Assembly (NCBI GenBank): GCA_963744995.1
Contig: CAVUWA010000005.1
Coordinates: 360,334 to 424,333 of the forward strand
DNA length: 64,000 nucleotides
Direction of reading: 5' to 3'
DNA from: Candidatus Eiseniibacteriota bacterium
GTDB lineage: Bacteria; Eisenbacteria; RBG-16-71-46
Positions 19,589 through 29,712 of the stretch are shown piece after piece. The first letter of the stretch is position 1. The number at the start of each line of letters is the position of its first letter. Below the pieces are notes generated by a model. The model ran no database searches and was not told the origin of the DNA. It saw only the letters and a list, made by a program, of their open reading frames with translations. The position numbers were made by a program, and so were the translations under genes.

Positions 19589-22465
19589 TCAGCCGGGCGG
19601 GGACTGGCCCCGGAGGCGAATCAGAAGCATCGCGATCGCGCCCACGAACACCATCAGCACCACGAGCATCGCGGGCGGTGGCCATGGACTCTTCCTGGTG
19701 AGGCCCACCCGAGTCGCGGGATTTCCCACCACGACGTAGCCGGCCCAGAATCGCGGATCTCGAAATCTGGCCTGCTTCGCCAGGTCGCGCTGGGCTCTGC
19801 CGACGGCGTCTCCCACCGTGAGACCGTCCGCGAGCCCTTCGTAGAATTCCCGGGTGAAGTAGGCGGTCGCCCGATCGTCCACGGGCCATAGCGTCGCCAC
19901 GACGGTCGGAGCTCCCGCAGCCAGAAACGCGGTCGCCATGCCGGCCACGCCCTCCCCGGCCAGCACGGCCTCCCCGATCGTCGTGCACGATGCCAGCACT
20001 ACCAGTTGCGCACGGATGCTCATGGAGGCCACCCGGTCGGCGCGGAGTTCGGGCTCGCCCTCGGGGCCATCGAGCGAGAGACGCACGGCGGACCGCCACG
20101 GTGCCCCATCATCGGCTCGCATGTGGCCTGCGAGGTGCAGTACGTCGCTTTCGGGCCAGGGGCGACCCTCCACCGGTTTGTTGGGATCCATGGCGATGGC
20201 GCCCTCGAAGTGCTTCGAGAGCCAGGACACCTCATTGCGGGCCCCGGCCAGCGGCCGCTCATTCCCCGGCGCGTTCGTGCCTGCGCAGGCCAGCAGGGTT
20301 TCGATGGGGCGCGGGTGGGTCGCCCGTCGCGCGAGCGCAAGTACCGTTGCCGAAGGAACCACCGACACGGGAGGCGTGGCGGCAACATCTCCATCGAAAG
20401 CCGCCGCCGCAACGAGCAATCGGAACGGCGCGAGGTGCAGCGCCCCCTCCGGCGCGACCACGACGCTCGAGGCCGTTTGCAGCAGCTCGGCGACGGGCCC
20501 GAGAACGACATCGGCGATCGCCTTTGTCGTCGCCCGAACATCGCTCGTGACCACGTCTGGATCGATGAGAAGCTGGCGCCACTCGCGGACCTGCTGCGCC
20601 AGGGTCCTAGCGGGAAGTTCGATCGGGAAGTACCGAATACGATCCCGGTTGATTGCGAACGCACCGCACCCGGCATCCGACATCCGCAGGTCGACGAGCA
20701 ACTCTCCGGGCAAGAGCACCTTCTGCTGAAGCGTGACCGCCCGAATCGCCTCGTCGCTGCCCGTGCTGTCCACCGCCTGACTGGCGAGGCGGTCCACGAG
20801 ATTCAGCGCCTTGTAGCGCTCGGCGACATCGAACGCTTTCGCAACGCCCTGGATGGTCGTGTCTCCACCGGCCAGCGAAATCATGCTTGCCCCGGCGATT
20901 TCGGCACCGATGGTGGCGAGACGTTCGCGAAACTCGTTCGTTCCGCTTCGACGCCGCGCCTCCCGCCAGCTCTCGCCAGCCGCCTCCAGGTACCGGGCGG
21001 TGTTCACGAAGCGTCCAACGCTCTGTGCGGCCCGAGCACGACCTACCAGGAGTTCGGCCTTGAAGGTATGAAAGGGCTCGGCACTCGAGCGGCGCAGAGC
21101 CTCCGCGAAGTACGCATCCGCAGCGCCGGGACGGCCGGCATCGAGAAGAACGGATCCCGCACGGAGACGAAGATACGAAGCTCGGTTCACCGAGGCTTCG
21201 TCGGCAAGGGGCAGATAGGCCTGCACGGTCGCGAGTGCCGCATCGAGGCTGTCCATCATCCACAGGTTGTCCGCGACGGTGGCGGCCGCAGACAGCGTCG
21301 TGACGGCCAGCCCGGGATTCGGCCGCGAGAGAATCCTGCGCAGTCGACGGTTTGATTCCGCATAGCTGCGAAGATTGCTGAGCGCCCAGCCCGAAACCAG
21401 TCGGGATCCGTTGGCCAGCACGACTTCTCCGATCTCCTCGGCGATCGTCGTTGCAGAGTCCGCCAGCAGCACGGCCTCGTTCAGTCTCTGGAGCCTGACG
21501 AGGGCGTGGGCACGCCGCTCCATGAGCCAGGCGCGTCTCCGTGGATTCGCGCCTCTTCGAACGACGGAGTCGAGGCTCGCGTACACGCGCAGGGCCCGCT
21601 CGTTGTATTGCTCGCGTGTCTCGAAAGCGCCCAGGTTTGCAAGCAGGGAGAACAGCACTTCGTCCCTTCCCGACGCGCGGGCGCGTGCGACCCCGCGCTC
21701 GAACAGGCGACGCGCCCGGTCCGGGTGACCGCTCTCGACGGCAGCGATGGCCCGATACTGCAGCGTCTTCGCTTCTTCCGTGACAAGGTCTTCGGCTTCC
21801 ATGACGGGCTGCGCGGCCGCGAGGAGTGATTCGGCAAGGGGGACCTGCCCCATGAAGAGCCGGAGTGTGCCCTCCCGCAGATCGGCGGCAGCTTCCCAGC
21901 GCCGAGAACCGATCCGACGTGCGAGCAGCCGCAATCGATCGTTCGTGGCCAGCGCCTCGGACCGCCGTCCAAGAAGCTGCTGGGCGCTGGAGCGTTGCTC
22001 CAGGGCAGCGCACTCCCCTTCTGCGTCGTCGATGCTCCGGGCTGCTTCGATCGCCAGTTCGAGGGTCTCGAGGCGATCGGCCTGTCTCGACTGCTGATCG
22101 AGCAGAGCCGCCTGAGCGAGAAGAAGAGCGAGTCTCGCGCGATCGTCCTGTGCCCGGTCAGCCTCGACTCGCAGCGACTCCAGAGTCGCCGCCCACCGGT
22201 GGAGGCGATCGCCCGCGGGCATTGCTGTCACGGAGTCGGTCAGTGCCACGACTCGCGCCTGGAACCCCGAGGGCGATGGCGCAGCGAGACCAGTCGCGCC
22301 ATGCACGAGTGCCGCGACACCAAGGCTGGTGAAGAGGACGTGCCGAATTCGAGGGGGCAGGCGGTCCAAGGCGAAGTCCGATGGAAGGGAGGGCTCCCGT
22401 GGGCCATCGTACACATCGAACCCGGGAAGCTCCACCGGAACGTGTCCGCAGGCGTCGGCAGACAT
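19589..22465 (-). CDS. TPR-CHAT (caspase-like) protease with N-terminal hydrophobic segment and C-terminal TM anchor
   Basis: Helical repeat region, 'PEGALHLAPF', 'VLHLAGH' (His), 'LVVLASC' (Cys), 'TLWPVDD', 'PRFWAGY'. Exact start uncertain. Confidence 0.88.
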   Translation of the reverse strand: MSADACGHVPVELPGFDVYDGPREPSLPSDFALDRLPPRIRHVLFTSLGVAALVHGATGLAAPSPSGFQARVVALTDSVTAMPAGDRLHRWAATLESLRVEADRAQDDRARLALLLAQAALLDQQSRQADRLETLELAIEAARSIDDAEGECAALEQRSSAQQLLGRRSEALATNDRLRLLARRIGSRRWEAAADLREGTLRLFMGQVPLAESLLAAAQPVMEAEDLVTEEAKTLQYRAIAAVESGHPDRARRLFERGVARARASGRDEVLFSLLANLGAFETREQYNERALRVYASLDSVVRRGANPRRRAWLMERRAHALVRLQRLNEAVLLADSATTIAEEIGEVVLANGSRLVSGWALSNLRSYAESNRRLRRILSRPNPGLAVTTLSAAATVADNLWMMDSLDAALATVQAYLPLADEASVNRASYLRLRAGSVLLDAGRPGAADAYFAEALRRSSAEPFHTFKAELLVGRARAAQSVGRFVNTARYLEAAGESWREARRRSGTNEFRERLATIGAEIAGASMISLAGGDTTIQGVAKAFDVAERYKALNLVDRLASQAVDSTGSDEAIRAVTLQQKVLLPGELLVDLRMSDAGCGAFAINRDRIRYFPIELPARTLAQQVREWRQLLIDPDVVTSDVRATTKAIADVVLGPVAELLQTASSVVVAPEGALHLAPFRLLVAAAAFDGDVAATPPVSVVPSATVLALARRATHPRPIETLLACAGTNAPGNERPLAGARNEVSWLSKHFEGAIAMDPNKPVEGRPWPESDVLHLAGHMRADDGAPWRSAVRLSLDGPEGEPELRADRVASMSIRAQLVVLASCTTIGEAVLAGEGVAGMATAFLAAGAPTVVATLWPVDDRATAYFTREFYEGLADGLTVGDAVGRAQRDLAKQARFRDPRFWAGYVVVGNPATRVGLTRKSPWPPPAMLVVLMVFVGAIAMLLIRLRGQSPPG

Positions 22466-22506
22466 CCGCGGATGAGACCGCCTCGGCTAGGCGGTAGCCG
22501 CGCTGT

Positions 22507-23202
22507 TCATCGGGGCATCTCGATTTGGAGGTGCGGGGAGCGGGCCAGCACCAGTCCGCCCCGAAGCGCAGTCAGCCGCCAGTAAGCCGCGCGGTTCTCG
22601 TCCTCTGCGCGGAACAGCTGGGTGTTCTCCAGCACGAGCGCAGTGTCTGCGACGGTGACGGGAGGCCGCGCCGGAAGCATGTGCGCGGTCAGGAATTGCA
22701 CCTCGTAGTGGTCGGCGCCTTCCACCCCGTTCCAGCTGAATCTCACCCGGTCTCCCTCGAATCGAGGGGGCGCGACCTGCAATTCGATCGGTTCGGGCCC
22801 TCTCGTCGTTCCCTCGCGGTCGAGCCAGCCGGGCAGGACGAACACTCCGATCACGACGACCGCAGCCGCGGCGGCCAGCGCAATGCCCCAACCGGCAGGC
22901 GTGACGCGCGGGCCGAATCGCGATCCGGCCCCAGCGGATGCGGAGCGTGCGGCGTCGGGCGATGCGTCGAGCTCACGGGCCGTCGAGCCCAGCGCCTCGT
23001 CCAGCGCCGCCATCATGCGCTGAACGGCTTCGTCCGTTCGCGCGCCTTCGGGTGGCGCGCCCGAGTGCAGGAACTCCCGCAGCGCGATGAACCGCACCCA
23101 CTGCTCCGGGTCACGGCGAAGCGCCTGCACCTCGGGATGGTCATCGGGCAGGGCCACGAGATCCGCCAGTCGATCGTCGATCCTGCCTTCAGACTCGGTC
23201 AC
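22507..23202 (-). CDS. Anti-sigma-like single-pass membrane protein
   Basis: GTGA overlap with the sigma factor stop; ~100-aa N-domain, TM (WGIALAAAAAVVVIGVFVL), small beta-rich C-domain. Confidence 0.7.
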   Translation of the reverse strand: MTESEGRIDDRLADLVALPDDHPEVQALRRDPEQWVRFIALREFLHSGAPPEGARTDEAVQRMMAALDEALGSTARELDASPDAARSASAGAGSRFGPRVTPAGWGIALAAAAAVVVIGVFVLPGWLDREGTTRGPEPIELQVAPPRFEGDRVRFSWNGVEGADHYEVQFLTAHMLPARPPVTVADTALVLENTQLFRAEDENRAAYWRLTALRGGLVLARSPHLQIEMPR

Positions 23203-23858
23203 GGCCCCCTCCTCGCCCGCCCCTGCCCGCGGGACAGCGCCGCCCTCAGCTTCTTGCGCGCGGACTGAAGCACACCGCGAGCCCCGGATGCCGCACGAAT
23301 GTTCAGCACGCGGGTGATGTCGTCTACCGGAAGCCCTTCCTCGCTGCGGAGCAGGAGCGCAGCCATCTCGATGGGGTCCAGGACGTCCTTCATCACGCCC
23401 AGCAAGCGGCGTTCTTCATCATGGTGCGCCGCCTCGGACGCAGGATCGACGGTGTCCGCAGCAATGGAGTCTGGTTCCGTGTCGTCCGTGAGCAGGCGCC
23501 GCCGGGCCACCATCAGGCGCAAGCAGCGTCGCCGAACCACCGTGTACAGCCATGTCGAGAACCGCGAGCGTTCCTCGAAGCCCGTGAGATCGTGGAGCGC
23601 CGTGATCATGGCCTCCTGCGCGAGGTCCAGCGCGGTGTCGTGATCCCGGGCGATCCTCAGACACCAGTGGTAGATGCGCGGCGCATAGCGCGCGAACAGC
23701 CTGCCAGCGGCCCGGCGCCCGACCTCGGTACCCCGCGAACGCTGGTACTCGGCCACGAGGGCCTCGTCGCTCGGCTCACCCGCCCTGGCGTCTGCCAGTC
23801 CGTGTGGGACATCCCGCCCGGCGGATGTCACGGCAGATTCGTTCGGTCGCTCCGGCAT
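23199..23858 (-). CDS. ECF RNA polymerase sigma-70 factor
   Basis: 'DEALV', 'ALDLAQE', 'FEERSRFSTWLYTV', region 4 'EGLPVDDITRVL'. Confidence 0.88.
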   Translation of the reverse strand: MPERPNESAVTSAGRDVPHGLADARAGEPSDEALVAEYQRSRGTEVGRRAAGRLFARYAPRIYHWCLRIARDHDTALDLAQEAMITALHDLTGFEERSRFSTWLYTVVRRRCLRLMVARRRLLTDDTEPDSIAADTVDPASEAAHHDEERRLLGVMKDVLDPIEMAALLLRSEEGLPVDDITRVLNIRAASGARGVLQSARKKLRAALSRGQGRARRGP

Positions 23859-24058
23859 CCCGTGGATAGTGCCACAACGGCCGGGACTCCCGGGAGATCC
23901 AGGACTGGCAAGGCGGCCGGCGCCGCGCACGCGATGCACATTCTCGTGACGAAGAGCTCCCGGCGTGTCCCACAGGGTCAGCGTACGCCCCCCGGGCCCA
24001 CGCCCATGAGACGAATCCACGATCTGCCGCGCCCCTGGACACCAAGGGAGGACAAGGC

Positions 24059-27000
24059 ATGCAACACCGTCGACTCGAGTTCGCCTTCGTTGCGGCTGTC
24101 GCCGTCGCAGTCGCCCTCACCGCGTTCCCCGCCGCCGGTCGCACGGCAACCCTGGCTGGCACGGACATCGCGTCCAACCCCCAGCGCGACCGGCGTTCGA
24201 TCGCGCCGCTCGATCCAACGGGTCGCCCCGCCGACAGCGCCGCGCCGGCGGGCGAGGACAGGGACAACGGACGTATCGACGCTCGCTCGGCCGCTCCAGG
24301 CCTGACCAGCGGGCTGGGCCGCGAGGCCTGGACTTCGCTGCAGAACGAGATACGACGCCGAGCTCGTCCCGCGTCGGTGACGGCCGTCAGCGAAGTCGGG
24401 GGAACCGATGTGCTCGTGGGCACCTCGGATTACCTGTTCTATTCCGCCATCGACGTGGCCTCCAACGGCGACATCTATGTCGCGGTCCAGGACCTGGAGC
24501 TCAATCCACACGTGATTCGCGTGTGGCGTTCCACCGATGGAGGCAACACGTGGAGCGTCTGGGGAACCATCTCCAACGGCGGGAACAACTCCTTCGGGTG
24601 GAATCTCGATCTCCACATCGCCGAGGGAAGCCCTGCGCGGGTGTTCGTCTGCTGGCACCTGTCGACCGAGGCTCGCGTCGCCTATTCGCCGCTGGGAGGT
24701 CCATCCGCTTCGTGGACCGCCCAGACCGCCATTACCCTCCCCGGGGGCTTTGTCCACAACGTACGGATCACGAGCGATGCCGACGAGTATCCCATCGGCT
24801 ACTTCGTCTACCTCATCGCCGGCGAGCTCCGTACGGGCGGCGCCGTCCGTCTGGCCCGTTCGATCGACCAGGGAAACACCTATGAGCCGCCCTACGTCAT
24901 CGGCACCGCGTCCGGCGGCGCTCCCGCCTACCCGGCCATCGACTACGCAAACGACATTCTGCACGTGGCCTGGCATGCCGACACACCGACGGAGTGGCGT
25001 GTCGAGCACCGCCGCGCAACGAACTACGCCGCATCCATCTCGGATTGGGGACCGATCAACGTCCTCCTGCAGAGCCCTCGACCGGACACGACCAGCTATA
25101 GCCTGACCTCTATCGCAGCCTCGAGGGTCTCGAACAACGTCGCGCTCAGCGTCGTGCGATACGGATGTCAGCTTGCCGGGTGCTCTCCGCCGGACGAGCA
25201 CGATGTGATCGTTCGCACGTCATCCGACGGCGGCCTGACCTGGCCTCCGGGGAACGAAGTGCGGCTTCTCGAGCTGGAATCGACTTCGCTCGAAGCTGCC
25301 CCCGGAGGCGGGTTCGCACTCGTCGGAACCCGGAGGAGCCCACCGCACGACATCGTGCTCTGCCGCGCCACCGATGCGCTCCCACTGGAATGGGACCGCA
25401 GAGTCATCGTCGACCGACCCACGCAATTCACCATCGCGCGCGGCATGCCCGATCCAAGCCACGGGGGACAGGTCGCCGTCACCTGGAACACGGTGGGGGT
25501 CCACCCGGACAGCCTGTGGGTGGACGCGGAGTGGCGGGGGGCGCCGGGGGTTCCCAACATCGAGGGAGGCGGCCCCTGGCCCCTTTTCGCTGGGGGCGCG
25601 ACGCCGCCTGCTCTCGGCGAGCTGGACGGCGACCCTCAGCTGGAGATCGTGTTCGGCGCGGAAGACGGATTCATCGAGGCATTCAACCACGACGGAACCA
25701 TTGTGCCGGGCTGGCCGCAGTTCACCGGACTGTTTCCTCCTCACATTCCCAGGAATGCCACCATCGCAGTGAGCGATCTCGACCTGGACGGCCGAAGCGA
25801 GGTCATCGCAGGAGACGCCTCCGGGAACGTCCACGTGAGAAGCCAGTCCGGCGCCCCGCGACCCGGCTGGCCTGTTTCCATTTCGGGCGATCCGGTGTTC
25901 GTCTCCGTCGGCAGGTTCTCCAGTGACATGCATGGTCAGATCGTGGCGGTGACCACGGACCAGGTGACGGTCCTCGAACCGGATGGAAGCGTCGCCCCGG
26001 GGTGGCCGAATCCGACGGCGGGTCTGCCTGCAGGGGCCGCTGCAATCGGTGACGTCGACGACGATGGAACGATCGAGATCGTCGTCGCGTCCGCCTCCAA
26101 GCTGCAGATCTTCGCCCCTGACGGAACGACCGAAGCCGTGCTCGGGGTCGCGGGGACGATCAGCGACCAGCCGTCGCTCGCCGACATGGACGTGGACGGC
26201 GACCTGGAAATCGCCGTGCCGACAATCGAGGGCGTCGTGCACTTCATTCACCACTCCGGCGCGCCCCTGGCCGGCACATGGCCGTTCGTCGGTTCGACGG
26301 CGACACCGATTCCTTCTGTCGCGCTGGCGCACATGCGGGCCAACGACATCGACGCGGTCGTCGCCGAGCGCGATGGAGTCGTGCACATGCTCGACGCGTC
26401 GGGCGCCGAGTGGTCGGGGTGGCCCAACACCACCAGCACCGGCTGGTTCCTGATTGGCGGCCCCACCGTCGACTATGTGGAGGGAGCCAGTCCCGACGCC
26501 GTCATTGGAGGCCGCGGATCGGAGGGATACGGTTGGGACAATCTTGGGAGCGCGATTGGCGGCTGGCCGGTCGGACTCGCGGGCCAGTGCGAGGTCAGCC
26601 CGGCAAGCGCCGACATCGACCAGGACGGGCACCTCGAGGTGGTCTTCGTCACCCACACACACCTGCACGTATTCGACGTCGGCAACCCACCGAGATTCAC
26701 CGACATCGCCTCGACGTGGCCCATGTACGGCCACGATGCTGAACGGACCGCCTGTCTCGCCTGCCAGGATGGCGTCTTCCCCGTGGCAGTTGATCCCCCT
26801 GCCGGCGAGATCACACGCCTCCGGCTGGCCGCCCCCTATCCCAGTCCATCGACCGGCCACGTCACCTTCGATTTCGCCGTGCCGACCGACGCGCACGTTC
26901 GTCTCGACGTGATCGATGTCAGCGGACGCCGGATCGGGACACTCTTGTCGCGGGAGGTGCAGGCCGGTTCGCATCGATGGACCTGGAACGGGCTCGTCGA

Positions 27001-27088
27001 GGGCCACAGGCTCCCTGCGGGCATCTACTTCGCACGGCTCGACGCAGGCGCCGAGTCCACGAGTCGACGCGTGGTGGTCCTGCCCTGA
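24059..27088 (+). CDS. Secreted BNR/sialidase-like plus FG-GAP repeat protein with FlgD-Ig/T9SS-like CTD
   Basis: Signal peptide, Asp-box repeats (STDGGNTW, SSDGGLTW), 'DLDLDGRSEVI'/'PGWP' repeats, CTD 'YPSPS...IDVSGRRI...WNG...GIYFARL'; GGAGG SD. Confidence 0.85.
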   Translation: MQHRRLEFAFVAAVAVAVALTAFPAAGRTATLAGTDIASNPQRDRRSIAPLDPTGRPADSAAPAGEDRDNGRIDARSAAPGLTSGLGREAWTSLQNEIRRRARPASVTAVSEVGGTDVLVGTSDYLFYSAIDVASNGDIYVAVQDLELNPHVIRVWRSTDGGNTWSVWGTISNGGNNSFGWNLDLHIAEGSPARVFVCWHLSTEARVAYSPLGGPSASWTAQTAITLPGGFVHNVRITSDADEYPIGYFVYLIAGELRTGGAVRLARSIDQGNTYEPPYVIGTASGGAPAYPAIDYANDILHVAWHADTPTEWRVEHRRATNYAASISDWGPINVLLQSPRPDTTSYSLTSIAASRVSNNVALSVVRYGCQLAGCSPPDEHDVIVRTSSDGGLTWPPGNEVRLLELESTSLEAAPGGGFALVGTRRSPPHDIVLCRATDALPLEWDRRVIVDRPTQFTIARGMPDPSHGGQVAVTWNTVGVHPDSLWVDAEWRGAPGVPNIEGGGPWPLFAGGATPPALGELDGDPQLEIVFGAEDGFIEAFNHDGTIVPGWPQFTGLFPPHIPRNATIAVSDLDLDGRSEVIAGDASGNVHVRSQSGAPRPGWPVSISGDPVFVSVGRFSSDMHGQIVAVTTDQVTVLEPDGSVAPGWPNPTAGLPAGAAAIGDVDDDGTIEIVVASASKLQIFAPDGTTEAVLGVAGTISDQPSLADMDVDGDLEIAVPTIEGVVHFIHHSGAPLAGTWPFVGSTATPIPSVALAHMRANDIDAVVAERDGVVHMLDASGAEWSGWPNTTSTGWFLIGGPTVDYVEGASPDAVIGGRGSEGYGWDNLGSAIGGWPVGLAGQCEVSPASADIDQDGHLEVVFVTHTHLHVFDVGNPPRFTDIASTWPMYGHDAERTACLACQDGVFPVAVDPPAGEITRLRLAAPYPSPSTGHVTFDFAVPTDAHVRLDVIDVSGRRIGTLLSREVQAGSHRWTWNGLVEGHRLPAGIYFARLDAGAESTSRRVVVLP

Positions 27089-27139
27089 GCGACGAGGGAA
27101 AGCGCGCGCGGTTTCGACGGAAACGGTGAACCAGCAGGA

Positions 27140-27265
27140 AGCCCCTCTTGCAAACCACGCGTAACCGGTAAGCCGTGGGGAAGCGGAGCGTCGTGGTTCC
27201 GGAGAACGGATTGGGCTGATTCTGCTCAAGGGCGAAGGATGTCGGCAGCCTCGGTTCGTTGCTGC
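27140..27265 (-). pseudogene. Remnant of a FlgD/T9SS-like C-terminal domain
   Basis: 'EPRLPTSFALEQNQPNPFSGTTTLRF' embedded in an otherwise non-protein-like ORF; the rest of the CTD is not recognisable. Confidence 0.55.
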
Positions 27266-27849
27266 GGATGCCGCGCGCCTCGCCGGCGCCCCCCGCGATC
27301 CTGCCTACGACCAGCAGGTAGACCTGCTCTCCTTCCACCTGCTGCTGGGCGCGAACGCGCTGCAGAAGGCGCGCAACTCGGCGCGCAGCATCGAAGAGGG
27401 TCGGACGCACCCCATCCAGTTCGTCTGTCGCAGGTCGGCCTGAGAGAGATCGGATCCATGCGACGAGCCGATTGATAGCGGCGCGGCCCCAGAGGCCCCG
27501 GAGCGTAGTGCACAACCCGGTTCGCGCGGCGAGCCCGGGGTCGCCCGAGGAGCCCGGGGTCATCCGGCGTCCACCTCTCCACGCGCAGCGCCGATCGCTC
27601 GCCGCTTCCGACCGGGTGCTGCAGCCACGCGCAGAACCGCGACAGCCGGCTGCTGGTGCGGCGTCGTACGTGCCGGCGCAGACCGGACGAAACGCCCCAT
27701 GATCGGTCAAGGCGCCTCGAAGCCACGGGCCCGCCGGAAGGGCTGAACTCCCCGCCCTCACGCGGCCGACGGCGCGCGGCCGCGGCGGACGCGCCCAACT
27801 CCCGGCTTGGCTCCGGTCTTCCCCGCCCTTAGAGTGCCGGGCGACCGCC

Positions 27850-29076
27850 ATGCTCAACTGGATCTGGGCAGCTTTCTTCCTCATCGCGTTCGTGGCCGCC
27901 GTGGTGCAGGCGCTGGCCGGTCACCCCGACGTGTTCCGCGACGTGGTCGGGGCGCTGTTCGATTCGGCGAAGACCGGCTTCGAGATCTCCCTCGGCCTCA
28001 CCGGCGTGATGAGCCTGTGGCTCGGCCTCATGAAAGTGGGCGAGCGCGGCGGCGTGATCGAAGGCATCGCGCGGCTCGTGGGCCCGCTGTTCCGTCGCCT
28101 CTTTCCCGGCATTCCCGAGCGCCATCCCGCTTCGGGCGCGATCGTGATGAACCTCTCGGCCAACGTGCTGGGGCTCGACAACGCCGCGACCCCGCTCGGT
28201 CTCAAGGCGATGAAGGAGCTGCAGAGCCTCAATCGCGAACCCGACACCGCCACCAACGACATGATCATGTTCATGGTGCTGAACGCCTCGTCGGTGACGC
28301 TGCTGCCGATCACGATCTTCACCTTCCGCGCGCAGATGGGCGCCCACGATCCGACCGACGTCTTCATTCCGATCCTGATCGCCACGTACTGCAGCACCCT
28401 GGCCGGTCTGCTGGTGACGGCCGCGGTACAGCGCGTGAACCTGTGGAACCGTGCGGTGGTGGGCTGGCTGGCGACGCTGACGGTCGTGATCGGCGGGCTG
28501 GTCGCGTACTTCGCGCGCCTCGCTCCGGACGAGGTCAACCGCCAGAGCGCACTGCTCGCCAACGCGCTGCTGCTGGGCGTGATCGTCGCATTCCTCCTCG
28601 CGGGCGCGCGCCGCAAGGTGCCGCTCTACGAGGCGTTCATCGAGGGGGCGAAGGAAGGCTTCACCGTCGCCATCGGCATCGTCCCCTATCTGGTCGCGAT
28701 CCTGGTGGCGGTCGGCGCCCTGCGCGCGAGCGGGGCGCTCGAGGCCGCCCTCGGCGCGATCCGCGCCGGCGTCGCGGGACTCGGCATCGACAACCGCTGG
28801 GTGGACGCCATGCCCACCGCGCTCATCAAGCCCCTGTCGGGGGGCGGCGCGCGCGGGCTCATGGTCGAGACCATGAAGACGCTCGGCCCCGATTCGTTCG
28901 CGGGCCGGCTCGCCTGCGTGATCCAGGGCAGCACCGAGACCACGTTCTACGTGCTCGCGGTCTACTTCGGCTCGGTGGGCGTGCGGAAGTCACGGCACGC
29001 TCTCGCCTGCGCGCTCAGCGCCGATGCCGCGGGGGTCGCCGGCGCGATCGCGGTGAGCTATCTGTTCTTCCGGTAG
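27850..29076 (+). CDS. spmAB: Fused SpmA/SpmB nucleoside-recognition (gate) domain membrane protein
   Basis: 'ANVLGLDNAATPLGLKAMKELQ', 'KPLSGGGARG', 'GSTETTFYVLAVYFG'. Confidence 0.9.
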   Translation: MLNWIWAAFFLIAFVAAVVQALAGHPDVFRDVVGALFDSAKTGFEISLGLTGVMSLWLGLMKVGERGGVIEGIARLVGPLFRRLFPGIPERHPASGAIVMNLSANVLGLDNAATPLGLKAMKELQSLNREPDTATNDMIMFMVLNASSVTLLPITIFTFRAQMGAHDPTDVFIPILIATYCSTLAGLLVTAAVQRVNLWNRAVVGWLATLTVVIGGLVAYFARLAPDEVNRQSALLANALLLGVIVAFLLAGARRKVPLYEAFIEGAKEGFTVAIGIVPYLVAILVAVGALRASGALEAALGAIRAGVAGLGIDNRWVDAMPTALIKPLSGGGARGLMVETMKTLGPDSFAGRLACVIQGSTETTFYVLAVYFGSVGVRKSRHALACALSADAAGVAGAIAVSYLFFR

Positions 29077-29134
29077 GGCACGCCGGGGCGGCCGCGAGCG
29101 GTCGCGACGGGCCGATGACGATGGAGGTTCCAGA

Positions 29135-29684
29135 ATGCGGAACCGATCATGGAGAAGTATCGCCGGGGCTCTCACCCTGATGGCCGCTCTGCCGGGCGCG
29201 GCGACGGCCCAGTGCTTCATCGACCAGCCCACTTTCACAGCGAGCAGAACCGCCACCTCCGCTCAGATCATCGGGCAGTCCTTCCGCGCGTGCCAGAGCG
29301 GAGTCGTAGACCAGCATCGCCTGCTACTTCACGGACACGCCCTTCCGGCTGCTGGTCCGGTTCGAGGCCGGAACGGACCTGAAGGCCCCCGACTACACGC
29401 AGGAGGTCGGTTTCCCGTACCAGCAATCGATGATCCCGCTCGTCGATCCTTTCCCCGTCGTCGAGGGCGGCGTGTACTCGTTCGGACTGAGCACCTTGAA
29501 CGGCCCGATGGGGTTGCTCCTGAATCCCGCGGAACGCTATGCCGATGGGGCGTTCTACTTCTTCGACGGCACGACGACCAGCGAACAGCCTGGAGACCTC
29601 GCCTTCGTCGTGAGGATCGAGCCGCATGCTCCGGTCCCGGTCAGGCGATGGACCTGGGGCGCCGCAAAGGCGGCGTACCGTTAG
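29135..29684 (+). pseudogene. Small secreted protein with TWGxxK C-terminal tail; one frameshift near 29308
   Basis: GGAGG SD and signal peptide to ...QSGVV; one extra base, then TSIACYFTD... continues to 'RRWTWGAAKAAYR*'. May be a sequencing indel. Confidence 0.7.
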
Positions 29685-29712
29685 TCCCGCGAGCCGCCTG
29701 GACTCGGGCGCA

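Noticed and set aside
19589..23858. Type III-E CRISPR (Craspase) locus
   Set aside because: No gRAMP/Cas7-11, other cas genes or array; the CHAT protein appears membrane-anchored.
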